This document shows, piece after piece, positions 1-10,137 of a stretch of 64,000 bases of DNA (positions within the stretch are counted from its first letter, which is position 1; each line of letters begins with the position of its first letter). Origin of the DNA: Longimicrobiales bacterium (lineage in GTDB: Bacteria > Gemmatimonadota > Gemmatimonadetes > Longimicrobiales > Gaopeijiaceae); NCBI GenBank assembly GCA_965248195.1, contig CBDFIQ010000001.1:704001-768000 (forward strand), read 5' to 3'. The position numbers and the translations under genes were made by a program. A model generated the notes under the pieces. The model ran no database searches. It saw nothing but the letters and a program-made list of their open reading frames with translations, and had not been told where the DNA came from.

Positions 1-2
1 TG

Positions 3-308
3 CGTCAGATCATCATGATCACGGACGGAAAGCCGTCTGCGATCACCCTGCCCGACGGGCTGATCTACAAGAACTCCGGGGGCATGGACCAACACATCCT
101 GCAGCAGACGTTCCGAGAGGTGTCCGCCTGTAGGCGCACCGGTATCCTGATCAACACCTTCATGCTGGCGCAGGATCCGTATCTCGTGCAGTTCGTCCAG
201 AAAGTCTCGGAGATCGCGAGAGGCAAGGCCTACTTCACGTCGACCCAGACGCTCGGTCAGTACATCATGATGGACTTCATGCGGCGCAAGCGGCGGAAGA
301 TCGCCTAG
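3..308 (+). CDS. VWA domain-containing protein, C-terminal part (truncated by window edge)
   Basis: IMITDGKPS motif and INTFML...GKAYF typical of the C-terminal half of VWA domains; frame open to window start. Confidence 0.75.
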   Translation, partial: RQIIMITDGKPSAITLPDGLIYKNSGGMDQHILQQTFREVSACRRTGILINTFMLAQDPYLVQFVQKVSEIARGKAYFTSTQTLGQYIMMDFMRRKRRKIA

Positions 309-325
309 CCCGTAGCCCGTAGCCC
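306..325. repeat. 7-bp tandem repeat (TAGCCCG x3) beginning at the stop codon
   Basis: tagcccg tagcccg tagccc read directly. Confidence 0.8.
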
Positions 326-360
326 AGGGTTGGGGGGCCGATGAACCGCAAATCCGCCGA

Positions 361-1743
361 ATGGGAGCGCACGATGGGATGGTGTGCAGGGTGACCCGCT
401 CGAGAGGAGATCTCTCGCGGAGGTCGTTCCTGGCGGGGCTCACGGGCACGGCAGCCTTGGGGCTCCCGCAATACGCACCCGGCGGCCAAGTCGTCCCGAC
501 CCTCTCGCTCCCCCCTTTCCTTGCCAGACCGACCACCGAGTCGATTCTGGTGAGCGTTCGCAACGGCTCAGTGGACGCCACGGCACAGCTCGAGATCAAG
601 GCGTCTCTCGGGCCAACGGTGTGGAGTTCGGCCGGAGCGGATCGAGAGGCTCTGGCCGGGGAGTTCGTCACCTGGGTCATCGGCGACTTGGCGGCCGGCA
701 CCGCTTATGAGTACCGGGTCCTCATGGCCGCGTTCGGAGAGGATCTCACATCGGTCGCCGCAGGCCGCTTCACCACCCAACGCGTGGGTGAGGTGGCGTT
801 CACGGCGGCTCTCACGGCGGATCCGCATACCGGATCCTTTCCCGACGGAAGCAGCCCGGTCAGAGTACTCGACGACGTCGTCCGTAATGTCCAGAGGGAC
901 GGGCCAGACTTCGTGATCGCCCTGGGAGACAACGTCGCGTGGGGTACTTCGCGGGACTATCCACAGTATGATGACTCTGGTGCGAGGTTGGCGTACACGA
1001 TGTACCGACGTCACATGGCCCCGCTCTCGGTTTCGTGCCCCCACTTCGGCCTGATCGGGAACTGGGAAGGTGAGTCCGGGAAAGTCCCCGCCGAGAACGC
1101 CGCGCTCGTAGCGAACGTCCGACGACGATTTGCACCCAACCCCGACCACCTCACCTACCAGCAGGGTGGGAGCCCCAATGAAGACTACTACGCGTTCGAC
1201 TGGGGTCCCGCGCTCTTCGTCGTCCTGAATGTCCAGTCGTACTCGGCGCCGTCGGGGCCGCGGTCATCGCCGATGGACGACGTCGCGCTCATGGGGGATT
1301 GGACGCTCGGCGCAACTCAGTTCTCGTGGCTCGAGGGCGTGCTGGCCGCCTCCGATCACCCATTCAAGTTCGTGTGCATCCATCACCCGGTCGGGGGCAA
1401 CGCGGCCACCCACTTCGAAACGCTGTACGGTCGAGGCGGGCCGAGGGCGGCCACGGTGGGTGAACAGCGCCTGGTGCATGAGATGATGCGCGAATTTGGG
1501 GTCCAGATCTTCTTCTACGGGCACGATCACGTCTTCCTGGACGAGGTCGTGGACGGCATCCATTACGCGCTCCCCGGCAGCTGTGGAGCTCCCTGGAAGT
1601 TCGGGCGCGAGATCACGGGGTATCGAAGGTACTGGCCGGATTCGGGACACGGCCGCCTCACCGTACGACCCGAGCAGGCGACGGTCCAGTTCGTGAATCA
1701 GGCGGGACAGGTGATCCACCAGTTCGCCGTCGAGCCCGTGTGA
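361..1743 (+). CDS. Tat-exported calcineurin-like metallophosphoesterase (purple acid phosphatase-like, FN3-like N-domain)
   Basis: SRRSFL twin-arginine signal; DPH, GD, GNWE, HH, GHDH metal motifs. Confidence 0.8.
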   Translation: MGAHDGMVCRVTRSRGDLSRRSFLAGLTGTAALGLPQYAPGGQVVPTLSLPPFLARPTTESILVSVRNGSVDATAQLEIKASLGPTVWSSAGADREALAGEFVTWVIGDLAAGTAYEYRVLMAAFGEDLTSVAAGRFTTQRVGEVAFTAALTADPHTGSFPDGSSPVRVLDDVVRNVQRDGPDFVIALGDNVAWGTSRDYPQYDDSGARLAYTMYRRHMAPLSVSCPHFGLIGNWEGESGKVPAENAALVANVRRRFAPNPDHLTYQQGGSPNEDYYAFDWGPALFVVLNVQSYSAPSGPRSSPMDDVALMGDWTLGATQFSWLEGVLAASDHPFKFVCIHHPVGGNAATHFETLYGRGGPRAATVGEQRLVHEMMREFGVQIFFYGHDHVFLDEVVDGIHYALPGSCGAPWKFGREITGYRRYWPDSGHGRLTVRPEQATVQFVNQAGQVIHQFAVEPV

Positions 1744-1764
1744 AGCCGACGGGGATACAGCGCC

Positions 1765-2602
1765 CTAGATCTTCACTCCCAGCGGCTTTGCCAGCGCGAA
1801 AGCAAAGACCATCGTCAGAATGAAGAACGCGATGATCCAGTGTGTGCGCCAGCCGAACATATTGATCTCGGCGTCCGTGTAGCCGACCCTGATCGCCTCG
1901 GCGTTCGACCCCCGCGGCAATGGGGCTTCCGCCGGGTAGATGAGCTGACCCAGCAGGCTGGACGGGCGGACCGGGGGAGCGGAGCACCGTGGTCCCTGAC
2001 ACCCGCACGGACTTGGTCAGGGTCTCCTCGCCGATGCGCACGACAAGCTCGTACTCACCCGGGCTCTCGGCGGCGATGCGCCAGCCGGCCTCCCTGAGGG
2101 AAGGGATCCACACGAGAGGGGTTTCGAGCCGCACGCCGTCCGGTACTTCAAGCGACACACCGGAAGCGTTGGTCTCTCCCATCTGGTCGGCAGCCTCCTC
2201 GCTCAGTTCCACCTTGACGAGCGCGGTCTGCCCCGGCTCGAGGCTCTCGTAGCCGTACTGGAACTGCAGTTGGCTGACGATGATCACGATCGGCACCATC
2301 ATCCAGAGCATGGGCACCATCGACAGGCGGAAGTACGTTATCGTCTCGCGGAGGATACCGAACTGCGCCGCGAAGATCGTGAGGAGGTCGTCCTTATATA
2401 GTCGAATCTCGTACACGCCGCCGTATATGCGGCGCTTGACCGCATCCAGGGCGTCCTGGTCCGAGACGGCCCGGAATCCGATCAGCATTCCGGCGCTGAC
2501 CAGCAGTGAGATCACGGTGAGACCGACGATCGGTGGCGTGCCCCGGAAGGGGGCCACGACGAGATCGAAGATCCAGCCCAAAGGGCGATTGACGAGCCAC
2601 AT
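1765..2602 (-). CDS. Membrane protein, DUF106/EMC3-TMCO1-like; apparent 1-nt frameshift at 1973-1977
   Basis: N-terminal TM, charged helix, VPMLWMMVP TM; removing one base from the 5-nt run restores ...RSPVRPSSLLGQLIYPAEAPLP...FGWRTHWIIAFFILTMVFAFALAKPLGVKI*. Confidence 0.6.
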
Positions 2603-2625
2603 CAGGAGGGGAGCCACATCAGGAG
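2594..2625. repeat. 15-bp direct repeat (GAGCCACATCAGGAG x2) duplicating a TGATG stop/start junction
   Basis: Copies at 2594-2608 and 2611-2625. Confidence 0.85.
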
Positions 2626-2810
2626 ATGTATCCGAGACCTTGTAGGCGTTTACGGATCTCTTCCTCCGAGTCCGCGTCCTCGAGCAAGAGCAGCTCCTTC
2701 TCGACCGCGTGCGTGATGAACTCCGCGGGTGACGAATAGCCGGCGATCCGCGAGTACTTCTCGATTCGCCTCAAGAGGTCCTTGTCCAGCTTCACCTTGG
2801 AACCGATCAC
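2619..2810 (-). CDS. 63-aa protein, ribbon-helix-helix-like, with C-terminal RLQGLGYIS tail
   Basis: GAGGAGGAG RBS; beta-strand-helix-helix pattern (KVKLD..LL..IE....GYSS..EFI..AV). Confidence 0.7.
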   Translation of the reverse strand: MIGSKVKLDKDLLRRIEKYSRIAGYSSPAEFITHAVEKELLLLEDADSEEEIRKRLQGLGYIS

Positions 2811-2843
2811 GTCTCCTCCTCGAGTTTGGTCAGTGAGCCCACA

Positions 2844-4849
2844 TCAGCGGTTGGCGCCCGGAGGGTCTTCCGGGTCGGGACCCGCGATCACCGGAAAGCC
2901 GTCGACGCCGAATTCCGCTAGGACGGCGGCCGCGAGTTGCTTCAGAGATCCGGCGGGCACCTTTAACGGCCGGCTCGACACGAGCACACCGGGCACCGTC
3001 TCGTGGTCCATGATATGGTCGCCGCTCCAAGCCCCGGTGTTGTCCGTGAGCACCTCGGCCGGGATCTCGCCCGCCGCTGACTCGCTGGAGCTCCTCACAT
3101 TCTTCGCGTACCCGATGACGAGATCCGGACCCATCTCTGAGTGACCTGAGTCCGTATACGTCTCGTCGCGAGCGTACACTCGAGTGATCGCCACTTCGTC
3201 CGTGGCCGGATCGATCTCTCTCAACAGCCCACGAGTGATCTCTCTCAACAGGACCCCCCGATCGGACGGCGGCACGATCCCGAAGGCCTCCCTGCCCTCC
3301 AGATTCACGTACAGCCCACTCAGACCCAACGCGTACGCCTGGGTACGGGGCCAGTCGACGTTCGTCAGGAACTCCAGATCCCTCCGGTTGCGATCCCGTA
3401 CGGTCAGGTATCCGTTCTGCTCCAGCCAGGTGTTGAGGCTGAAGGAGCGCCGCCAGGAGGTGAAGCCGTGGTCGGACATCACGATGAGCGTTCCGCCCCC
3501 CCCCCCCCCAACTCTTCGAGGCGGTCCAACGTCTGGCCCACGATCTCGTCCGCCTCCATATACAGATCTTCGATCACATCAGCGTACGGTCTGTCTCCAG
3601 CCTCGTCGTAGGCCGGGTGCTCGGGATCCGTCGCCCCCCACATGATGTGTGATACCTGATCCAGAAAACCGAAGTAGTTGAACAGGAACCCGTCCTCGAA
3701 CTCTTCGAGCAACGCGATGTACTGCCGCCGGATCTCCTCGGCGGCCAGCGCGGCCTGGGCCAGGAACTCGTCTTCGTCGAACACTCCGTCGGAGATGGCG
3801 TCCGTGTCTTCGGGGAAGCCCTGCGTGTAGAACCGCCCGCCCTCCGCCAGCTGGGTGGCAAAGTCGTCGGGCGTCGAGATCGGCATCGCCGGATCGAGCG
3901 GATCGAGGTTGACCGGCGTTGCGTAGAGCTGGAACTCCGGTCGGACCTGCTTGAGGTAGAATCGCGCCATCGCACGGAGCTTCTGGAACAGCGGGAGCGG
4001 GTACTCGACCGGAACCCAGTCGCTCCAGTCCCCCTGCTGGAGAATGATCTCCTCGTCACCGATCTCGATCTTCACCACGGGGCGGACCGGATCGAGGTAG
4101 ACCGTGAATTCGGAGCGGAGCTCCTCGAGCTCGACGAGCAGGGGGTTCGGAGGGCCTCTCAGGCTCCCGTTGAAGACGCCGCGGCGGATCTCGGCCCGTT
4201 GGACGTCGCCTCCTGGTGAACCGCCCAGTCGCTCGGGGGCGGTGGTGAACAGGCTGTACGTTCCGTTGCCGCCCAGGATGTCGGGCGTGCCCATCCCGCT
4301 GAGCTCACGGCCCGCCGTGCCCGAGGGCGGGAAGTTGGCCGGTATACGCACAATCGTGGTGGGCACACCCTGCTCCTCGAGCAACTCCCAGAAGGGCACG
4401 CCCTGGCGCAAGAGCACCACCTCGCCGCCACCCAGCGGGATCTCCCAGCGGCCCAGCGTCAAGGTACGCCCGGGTGGCTCGGTGAGCGTGGTCGAGAGGT
4501 AGGGCACCATGGTCTCGGGGTCCCGGTGCAGGAAGTCGAAGATCCCGTGCCCACCGGAATCGAGCCCGGTGATGAAGTCCGACCAGGCCACGGGGCTCTG
4601 CGGGGGGATCGCCGTCTCGAGCGGCGAAAAGGCTCCGCCCTCTGCCATCCGCTGGAGGTTGGGGAGCCGCCCTTCGGAGATCATGCGTCGGGTCAGCTCG
4701 TAGTCCATCCCGTCGAAGCCGAGGACGATCACCTGATGTCCTACCGGCTCGGACCCACCACACGCGCCCGTCAGGCTGGCGATGGCCACGGCGGCTACAG
4801 CCGTCCGCGCTATTCGTCCCAGTCGGGGCGCTTGAGCTCCCCGCCTCAT
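2844..4849 (-). CDS. Alkaline phosphatase superfamily (type I phosphodiesterase/NPP-like) lipoprotein, frameshifted at a G14 tract
   Basis: Lipobox LTGAC; GFDG, PPQSPVAWS, SDHGF, SGDH motifs split across ORFs 3479..5086 and 2844..3482; ATGA overlap with upstream paralog. Confidence 0.8.
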
Positions 4850-6989
4850 GCGATCGACTCTCGCTCGAAGAGCAACTTGCCGTCCATATGAGGGGGCGGC
4901 TCGACGCCGAAGAGCCAGCACGCGGTGGGCGCGATATCGATCAGAGCCGGATCGTCGCGATCGATGGCCTTGTTGCTGAAGAACACGCCCGGGACGATGC
5001 GAGGGTCGACACAATGATCGCCGCTCCAGGGTTTCACGTTGTCCTCGATTACGGCGCCCGCAACCACACCGGTCGCTCTGTCCCACGAGATCCGGTAACC
5101 CTCCGCGTACCCGATCAGCAGATCAGGCGCGTTCTGGAGGTACGGACCCCCGTAAAGCGCAGAGGGGTCGAACGCCTCTCGGATCGCCAACTCTCCTGTC
5201 TCGTCGTCCCGCATGCCGCTGAGACGATCTATGAGCTCGGCCTTGAGCACGGCGGCCTCCTCGCCCGGCGCGACCGATCCCTGTGCTTCGCGACCCTCGA
5301 TGTTGAGGTAGAGCCCCGTGAGGCCGAGCGCGTAGGCTTTGGTCTCTGCCCAGTCTACCTCGCGTAGCCACTCACCCTCCCCCTTGGCTCCCTCCTTCAG
5401 CTTCAGGTAGCCGTTCTCCTGCAGCCAGGCGTTCAGGTTGACCCCTCGGCGGAACGACGTGAAGCCGTGGTCCGACAGCACGACCAGCATGTCACCCTCC
5501 CGGAGCTGCTCGCGAATCCTGCCCACCATGGCGTCGTTGTGCAGGTAAAGATCCTCGATGGCGTCGGCGTGCTCGCCGCCCGGTCGCCCGTCACCGTTGG
5601 TTTGCGCGGCGCGTGCCGCGGGGTGTCCATCCTCCAGGTAGCGCCAAAACATGTGCTGGATCCGGTCGGTCGCGTCGAACACACAGACCACGGTCCCCTT
5701 GCGCACCCGCTCGAGCGCGGCGAAGAGCATATCCTCCCGCTCCTTGTCGATGTCGTACGTCTGCTGGAGAAACGCGCCGTCGTCGATCACCCCTTCGTTC
5801 AGAGCCCAGGTGTCCTCGGCGAGACCCAGCGTGGAGAACTTCCCGAGCTTCTTCGAGAGGTACGTCGCGTAGTAGGCGGGATGGGAGATCGGCATCGCCG
5901 GGCTGTCGGGATCGAGGTTGATCGGCGTGACATACAGCGAAACGTGCTCGGCCGTCTCCGTGAGCAGCAATCTGCAGATCCCGCGCACCTTGATGCCGGG
6001 TGCGGCCCGGAAGCCCAGATCCACCCAGTCGCTCAGCTCTCCCCGCCGCAGCTCGAGAGCCGTGCCGTCGACCTGGACCTGGGCGCTTTCGGCGTCTCCG
6101 TTCAGCGTGATCGTGACCGGCAGGGTCAACGGAGGCGCTCCCTCGACAAGCTCGTTGTTGGGCCCCTCGAGTTCGGCCTCCAAGCGATCCTCTACGCGTT
6201 TCAAGCGCACGCGTCGACCGCCCTCCTTGAAGCCCGCCTTCGATTCCCGGGTCGTGAGAAGCGTGAACGTGCCCTGCGTCCCGAGAAGGTCCGGGACGCA
6301 CATCGCGCTCAGCTGCGCCCCGTAGAAGCGCTCCGGCGGGAAGGTGATCGGCACTCGCAGAACCGTGCTCCAGATCTGGTGGTCACCCAGGATCGACCAG
6401 AAGGGTCTCGACTTCCTCAGAAGGCGAAGGTCGGGCTTCCCGATGGGAATGTGATAACGACCGATCTTGAGGATTCGGTCGGGAGGGCCGATCCGGGTGG
6501 ACGACAGCAGGGGCAGGTAGGTGCGGCGGTCCCGGTCGAGGAAGTCGTAGATGTTGTGCTTCGCGGGATGTGTGCCGGTGCTGAAGGAGGACCACGCCAC
6601 CGGAGAGACCGAGGGGAAGGTGGACTGAAGCGGATGGTAGCACCCTTCTGCTGCCAAGCGCTGGAAGTTCGGCAGCTTGCCGTCCGCCATGAAACGATCC
6701 GTCAGCTTCGGGTCCTGGCCGTCGAACCCGACGATGATGAGCCGTTTGACCTTCGGCTTCGGTAGGTGGGCACGGCGAAGAAAGCGCAACGCAGCCCTGA
6801 ACGGCCACAGCAGCAGAGAGAACAACGCAATCAGCCCGGTGACGAAGAAGACCAAGAAGGACGTGACGAACACGAACCCCGCGCCGGGTCCCACGTACGC
6901 GGCGAGCGGCGCCGGCGTGGCCGCGAGAAGGAGTCCGAGGATTCCAGTAACGAGCGCTGCGGAAAGGCGCGTGCTATTCTTCCGCCCAT
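4846..6989 (-). CDS. Alkaline phosphatase superfamily phosphodiesterase with N-terminal signal/TM (start uncertain)
   Basis: AYVGPGAGF plus TM; GFDG, PSVSPVAWS, DRIQH, SDHGF, SGDH; nearest ATG (6989) is out of frame, in-frame GTG at 7032. Confidence 0.8.
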
Positions 6990-7089
6990 GACACCTGCCC
7001 TCCCCACACCTGCCCTCCTCAGCCGAACGCACTGACCCATGACCCCTGCCCTCACCTGCCGGACCCACTGACCCAGGCACTGACCCATG
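6985..7089. repeat. Mosaic short repeats in divergent intergenic gap
   Basis: cccatgac(a/c)cctgccctc x2, cactgaccca x3, several cacctgcc. Confidence 0.7.
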
Positions 7090-7701
7090 CCGCTTGCCAC
7101 AGTCCGACGTGCTTTGCGCCTCGCTCGATACGGCCCCCCCATCGTGGTGGTCTCGGGACTTCCCAGGTCCGGCACGTCGATGATGATGCAGATGCTGGAG
7201 GCGGGCGGCGTGGAGCCCATGACCGACGGCGTCCGTACCGCGGATGAGAGCAACCCGAAAGGTTACTACGAGCTTGAAAGGGTCAAGGATCTTGAGGAGG
7301 GCGTCGATGAGCTTTGGCTGCGGGAGGCACGCGGGCGGGCGGTCAAGATCATCGCCTTCCTCATGCGACATCTTCCGGAGACCTTCAACTACAAGGTCAT
7401 CTTGATGCATCGCAGGCTGGACGAGGTTCTGGCCTCCCAGACCAAGATGCTCGCCAGCCTGGGTGAGACGACCGAAACCGAAGACCCGCGCATGAGGAAG
7501 CTCTTCGCGGATTCGCTCGCGCGCACGAAAAGCTTGCTCGCGTACAGACCTTGCTTCGAGGTGCATCACGTGAATTACCACGCCGTTATCGAGGATGGAC
7601 GAAAGCACGCCGATGAGCTGAATCGCTTCCTCGGCGGGCGGTTGGACAGGGAGGCCATGGCCGCCGTCGTGAACCCGGAGCTGTATCGCAACCGCGGCTG
7701 A
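7087..7701 (+). CDS. Sulfotransferase-family protein
   Basis: VVSGLPRSGTSMMM PAPS-binding loop; NPKGYYE. Confidence 0.8.
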   Translation: MPLATVRRALRLARYGPPIVVVSGLPRSGTSMMMQMLEAGGVEPMTDGVRTADESNPKGYYELERVKDLEEGVDELWLREARGRAVKIIAFLMRHLPETFNYKVILMHRRLDEVLASQTKMLASLGETTETEDPRMRKLFADSLARTKSLLAYRPCFEVHHVNYHAVIEDGRKHADELNRFLGGRLDREAMAAVVNPELYRNRG

Positions 7702-7713
7702 TCCTTGCCCACA

Positions 7714-10137
7714 CTAGTTGATGTAGCCGAGGCTCCGAAGCCGCGCGATCTCCTCGGGGCTCATGTCCTGGATCGCCTCCGTGTCGGGCGGTGGACGCAG
7801 CGACACGGCCCACTCCCGCCACGTCGACAGCTCGGTCGCCAGATTCGCCACGATGTCCGGGTGATCCCCAGCCACGTCGTCGAGATTGAGTGGATCCTTC
7901 ACGTGATCGTACAGCTCGAATTCGGGCCAATCCTCGGCCTGATTCTCGTTCTGGACCAGCTTCCACCCGTCCAGAACGATGGAGTACGAATCGTGCGGCT
8001 GTCCCAGGTCGTCGATGCCCGGAGCCGCGACTCGCTCGCTGAACGCGGCGCGTTGAATCGCGCCAAAGTCGGACACGCCATCAGGGTCGACGATCAACGG
8101 TAGCAGGCTCTGACCCTGCGCCTGCTCGGGAGGCGTGATGCCCGCCAACTCGAGCACCGTGGGCATCATGTCCACTGACTCCGTCGTCTGCTCGACGACT
8201 GTCCCACCGGGTAGTACGCCGGGCCAATGCATGATCAACGGCACGTTCATCATCTCGCCGTACGCGCTATTCCCGTGAAAATGATAGCCATGCTCCAGGA
8301 ACTCCTCACCGTGGTCGGAAATTAGAACGAAGAGCGTCTCGTCCGCGATTCCGAGTTGCTCCAACCCCTCCATCAGTCTGGCGATCTCGACGTCCATGGC
8401 GCGTATGGATCCATCGTACCAGTCGTTCTCGTGCTGAACGAACAACTCCTGATCGACATCGGTAGCGTCCATCTCCTCTTGAGTTGGGAGGCCGTCCGGG
8501 TTTGAATCTCCTTCCCAGAGATCCATGGCCCGCTCGTGTTCCGCGGTACCCTCGGTCGTGCCCCACAGGGCGCCGTACGGTGCGTACGGCTCGAACGGAC
8601 TGTGGGGGTCGAACACATGGATGAACGCGAAGAAAGGAACGTCGTGGTGGTCGCCCGCAAATTCGAGGAAGCGGTCGACATACGTGCGTGCGGTCTTGGC
8701 CCCGCTATGACCTAGCTCCCCGATCGACGCCCGCTCGTGCAGCACGTCGACACCCTGATGCAGATTGCTCAGCCTCCCGGAAAAAACGACCGAAGAAGTC
8801 TGCCACGTGGCGTAGCCGGCCTCACGGAACACCTCAGACATCGTGGTCACCGAAGACGGCAGACGGTCGGGTATGTCAATGATTCCGTGCGTGCTCGGAT
8901 ACAAGGACGTCAGGATCGACGGTACCGATACCTTCGTCCACGAAGCTTGCGAGATGTTATCGGCGAAGAGGACGCCCTCATTCGTCAGCGTGGGAGCCGT
9001 GCTTCGCTCGTATCCGTAGACCTCCAAGTGATCGCGACGCATCGTGTCGCTGATGAAGAGTACGACGGCTCGCGGACGCTCGCTTCCGCCGTCCAACAGA
9101 GCGGATCGGTCCTCCGTAACATCGTTGTTGTCCGGCATGGCTCCGCTGTTGCGAACGACCGGCGACCCCCAGTACCCGAGCATCCCAGGGTTGTCGGCAT
9201 CCAGCCCGAGCGACAGCGTCACGCTCTGGCCCGCGTATTCGGACAGCTCCAAGCGGGATGTGGACCACCGCTGCGGAGTCGTCACCGTGCGCTTCAGCAA
9301 TGACGTCTCGGTCCCGGCGGCCGTCACGGTCACCTCGAAGGTGATCGGACCGTCCTCGATCGTACCGTACGCCAGGTCGAGCCACGGCCGCGCCGGAAGA
9401 TCCAGGTCGACCACGATGCGCTCCGGCGCGCGACTGACAATCGTCTCGCGGTAGATCTCGGACAGCCCATGCCACCCCGGCCCCGAGGGAATCGCGGCCA
9501 GGTGCTCCTTGAGCGGAATGATGCGGACAGACTCGATCTCGAACTCGGCGCCCTCCGCGTCGCTCGGCTCGAGCAGAAGGTTCCTTACCGCGCTGATCCG
9601 GATCGTGGCGCCGACCTCCCGGAGGGTGTACGTGAGGAAGTCGTCTCCAGGAGTGAGCTCGGCTCTGAGCTGAGGCCGCGCCTGATCGGTGAGCTGCTCG
9701 AGCCTGCTCTCCACCCAGTCGTCGTCCCGCTCCTGGGCTCCGTTGAAGGTGACTCCCAACTCCGCTCCCTCCGAAACCCGCATTCGGACCTCGATGGCGT
9801 ACAGCAGATCGTCTTCGTCAAGCTCGTCGGGGCGAATCCCGAGTAGCACGGGAAGGGCCCCGGTGTTGCCTACGAGCATCCCGTCCCGAACGCTCAGGCC
9901 ACTGATGTCGTTGAACACGGTCCAGCCGAACGTGTCCCCTCCTTCCTCCGGCGCCGGGATTGTCCCCTCTCCGTCGAAGCGCCACTCCGTGCGCTCGGGC
10001 TCGGCAGCCGGGGGACTCCCTTGGACCATCGCGCTCTCGAAGTCGTCGATGAGCCGAATCCAGACCGTTTCCGGTTCACCTCCGCAGGCGGCAGCGAGGG
10101 GCGTGAGAGCGAGGAGGAGAAGCAGGATCTTGCGCAT
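7714..10137 (-). CDS. Sulfatase-like hydrolase/transferase lipoprotein
   Basis: Lipobox LAAAC; SDTMRRDH, SWTKVS, DPHSP, SDHGEEF; C-terminal RLRSLGYIN. Confidence 0.85.
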   Translation of the reverse strand: MRKILLLLLALTPLAAACGGEPETVWIRLIDDFESAMVQGSPPAAEPERTEWRFDGEGTIPAPEEGGDTFGWTVFNDISGLSVRDGMLVGNTGALPVLLGIRPDELDEDDLLYAIEVRMRVSEGAELGVTFNGAQERDDDWVESRLEQLTDQARPQLRAELTPGDDFLTYTLREVGATIRISAVRNLLLEPSDAEGAEFEIESVRIIPLKEHLAAIPSGPGWHGLSEIYRETIVSRAPERIVVDLDLPARPWLDLAYGTIEDGPITFEVTVTAAGTETSLLKRTVTTPQRWSTSRLELSEYAGQSVTLSLGLDADNPGMLGYWGSPVVRNSGAMPDNNDVTEDRSALLDGGSERPRAVVLFISDTMRRDHLEVYGYERSTAPTLTNEGVLFADNISQASWTKVSVPSILTSLYPSTHGIIDIPDRLPSSVTTMSEVFREAGYATWQTSSVVFSGRLSNLHQGVDVLHERASIGELGHSGAKTARTYVDRFLEFAGDHHDVPFFAFIHVFDPHSPFEPYAPYGALWGTTEGTAEHERAMDLWEGDSNPDGLPTQEEMDATDVDQELFVQHENDWYDGSIRAMDVEIARLMEGLEQLGIADETLFVLISDHGEEFLEHGYHFHGNSAYGEMMNVPLIMHWPGVLPGGTVVEQTTESVDMMPTVLELAGITPPEQAQGQSLLPLIVDPDGVSDFGAIQRAAFSERVAAPGIDDLGQPHDSYSIVLDGWKLVQNENQAEDWPEFELYDHVKDPLNLDDVAGDHPDIVANLATELSTWREWAVSLRPPPDTEAIQDMSPEEIARLRSLGYIN

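Noticed and set aside
6990..7608. N-terminal 200 aa of the 920-aa ORF
   Set aside because: Antisense shadow of the sulfotransferase gene; the real protein begins near the signal peptide
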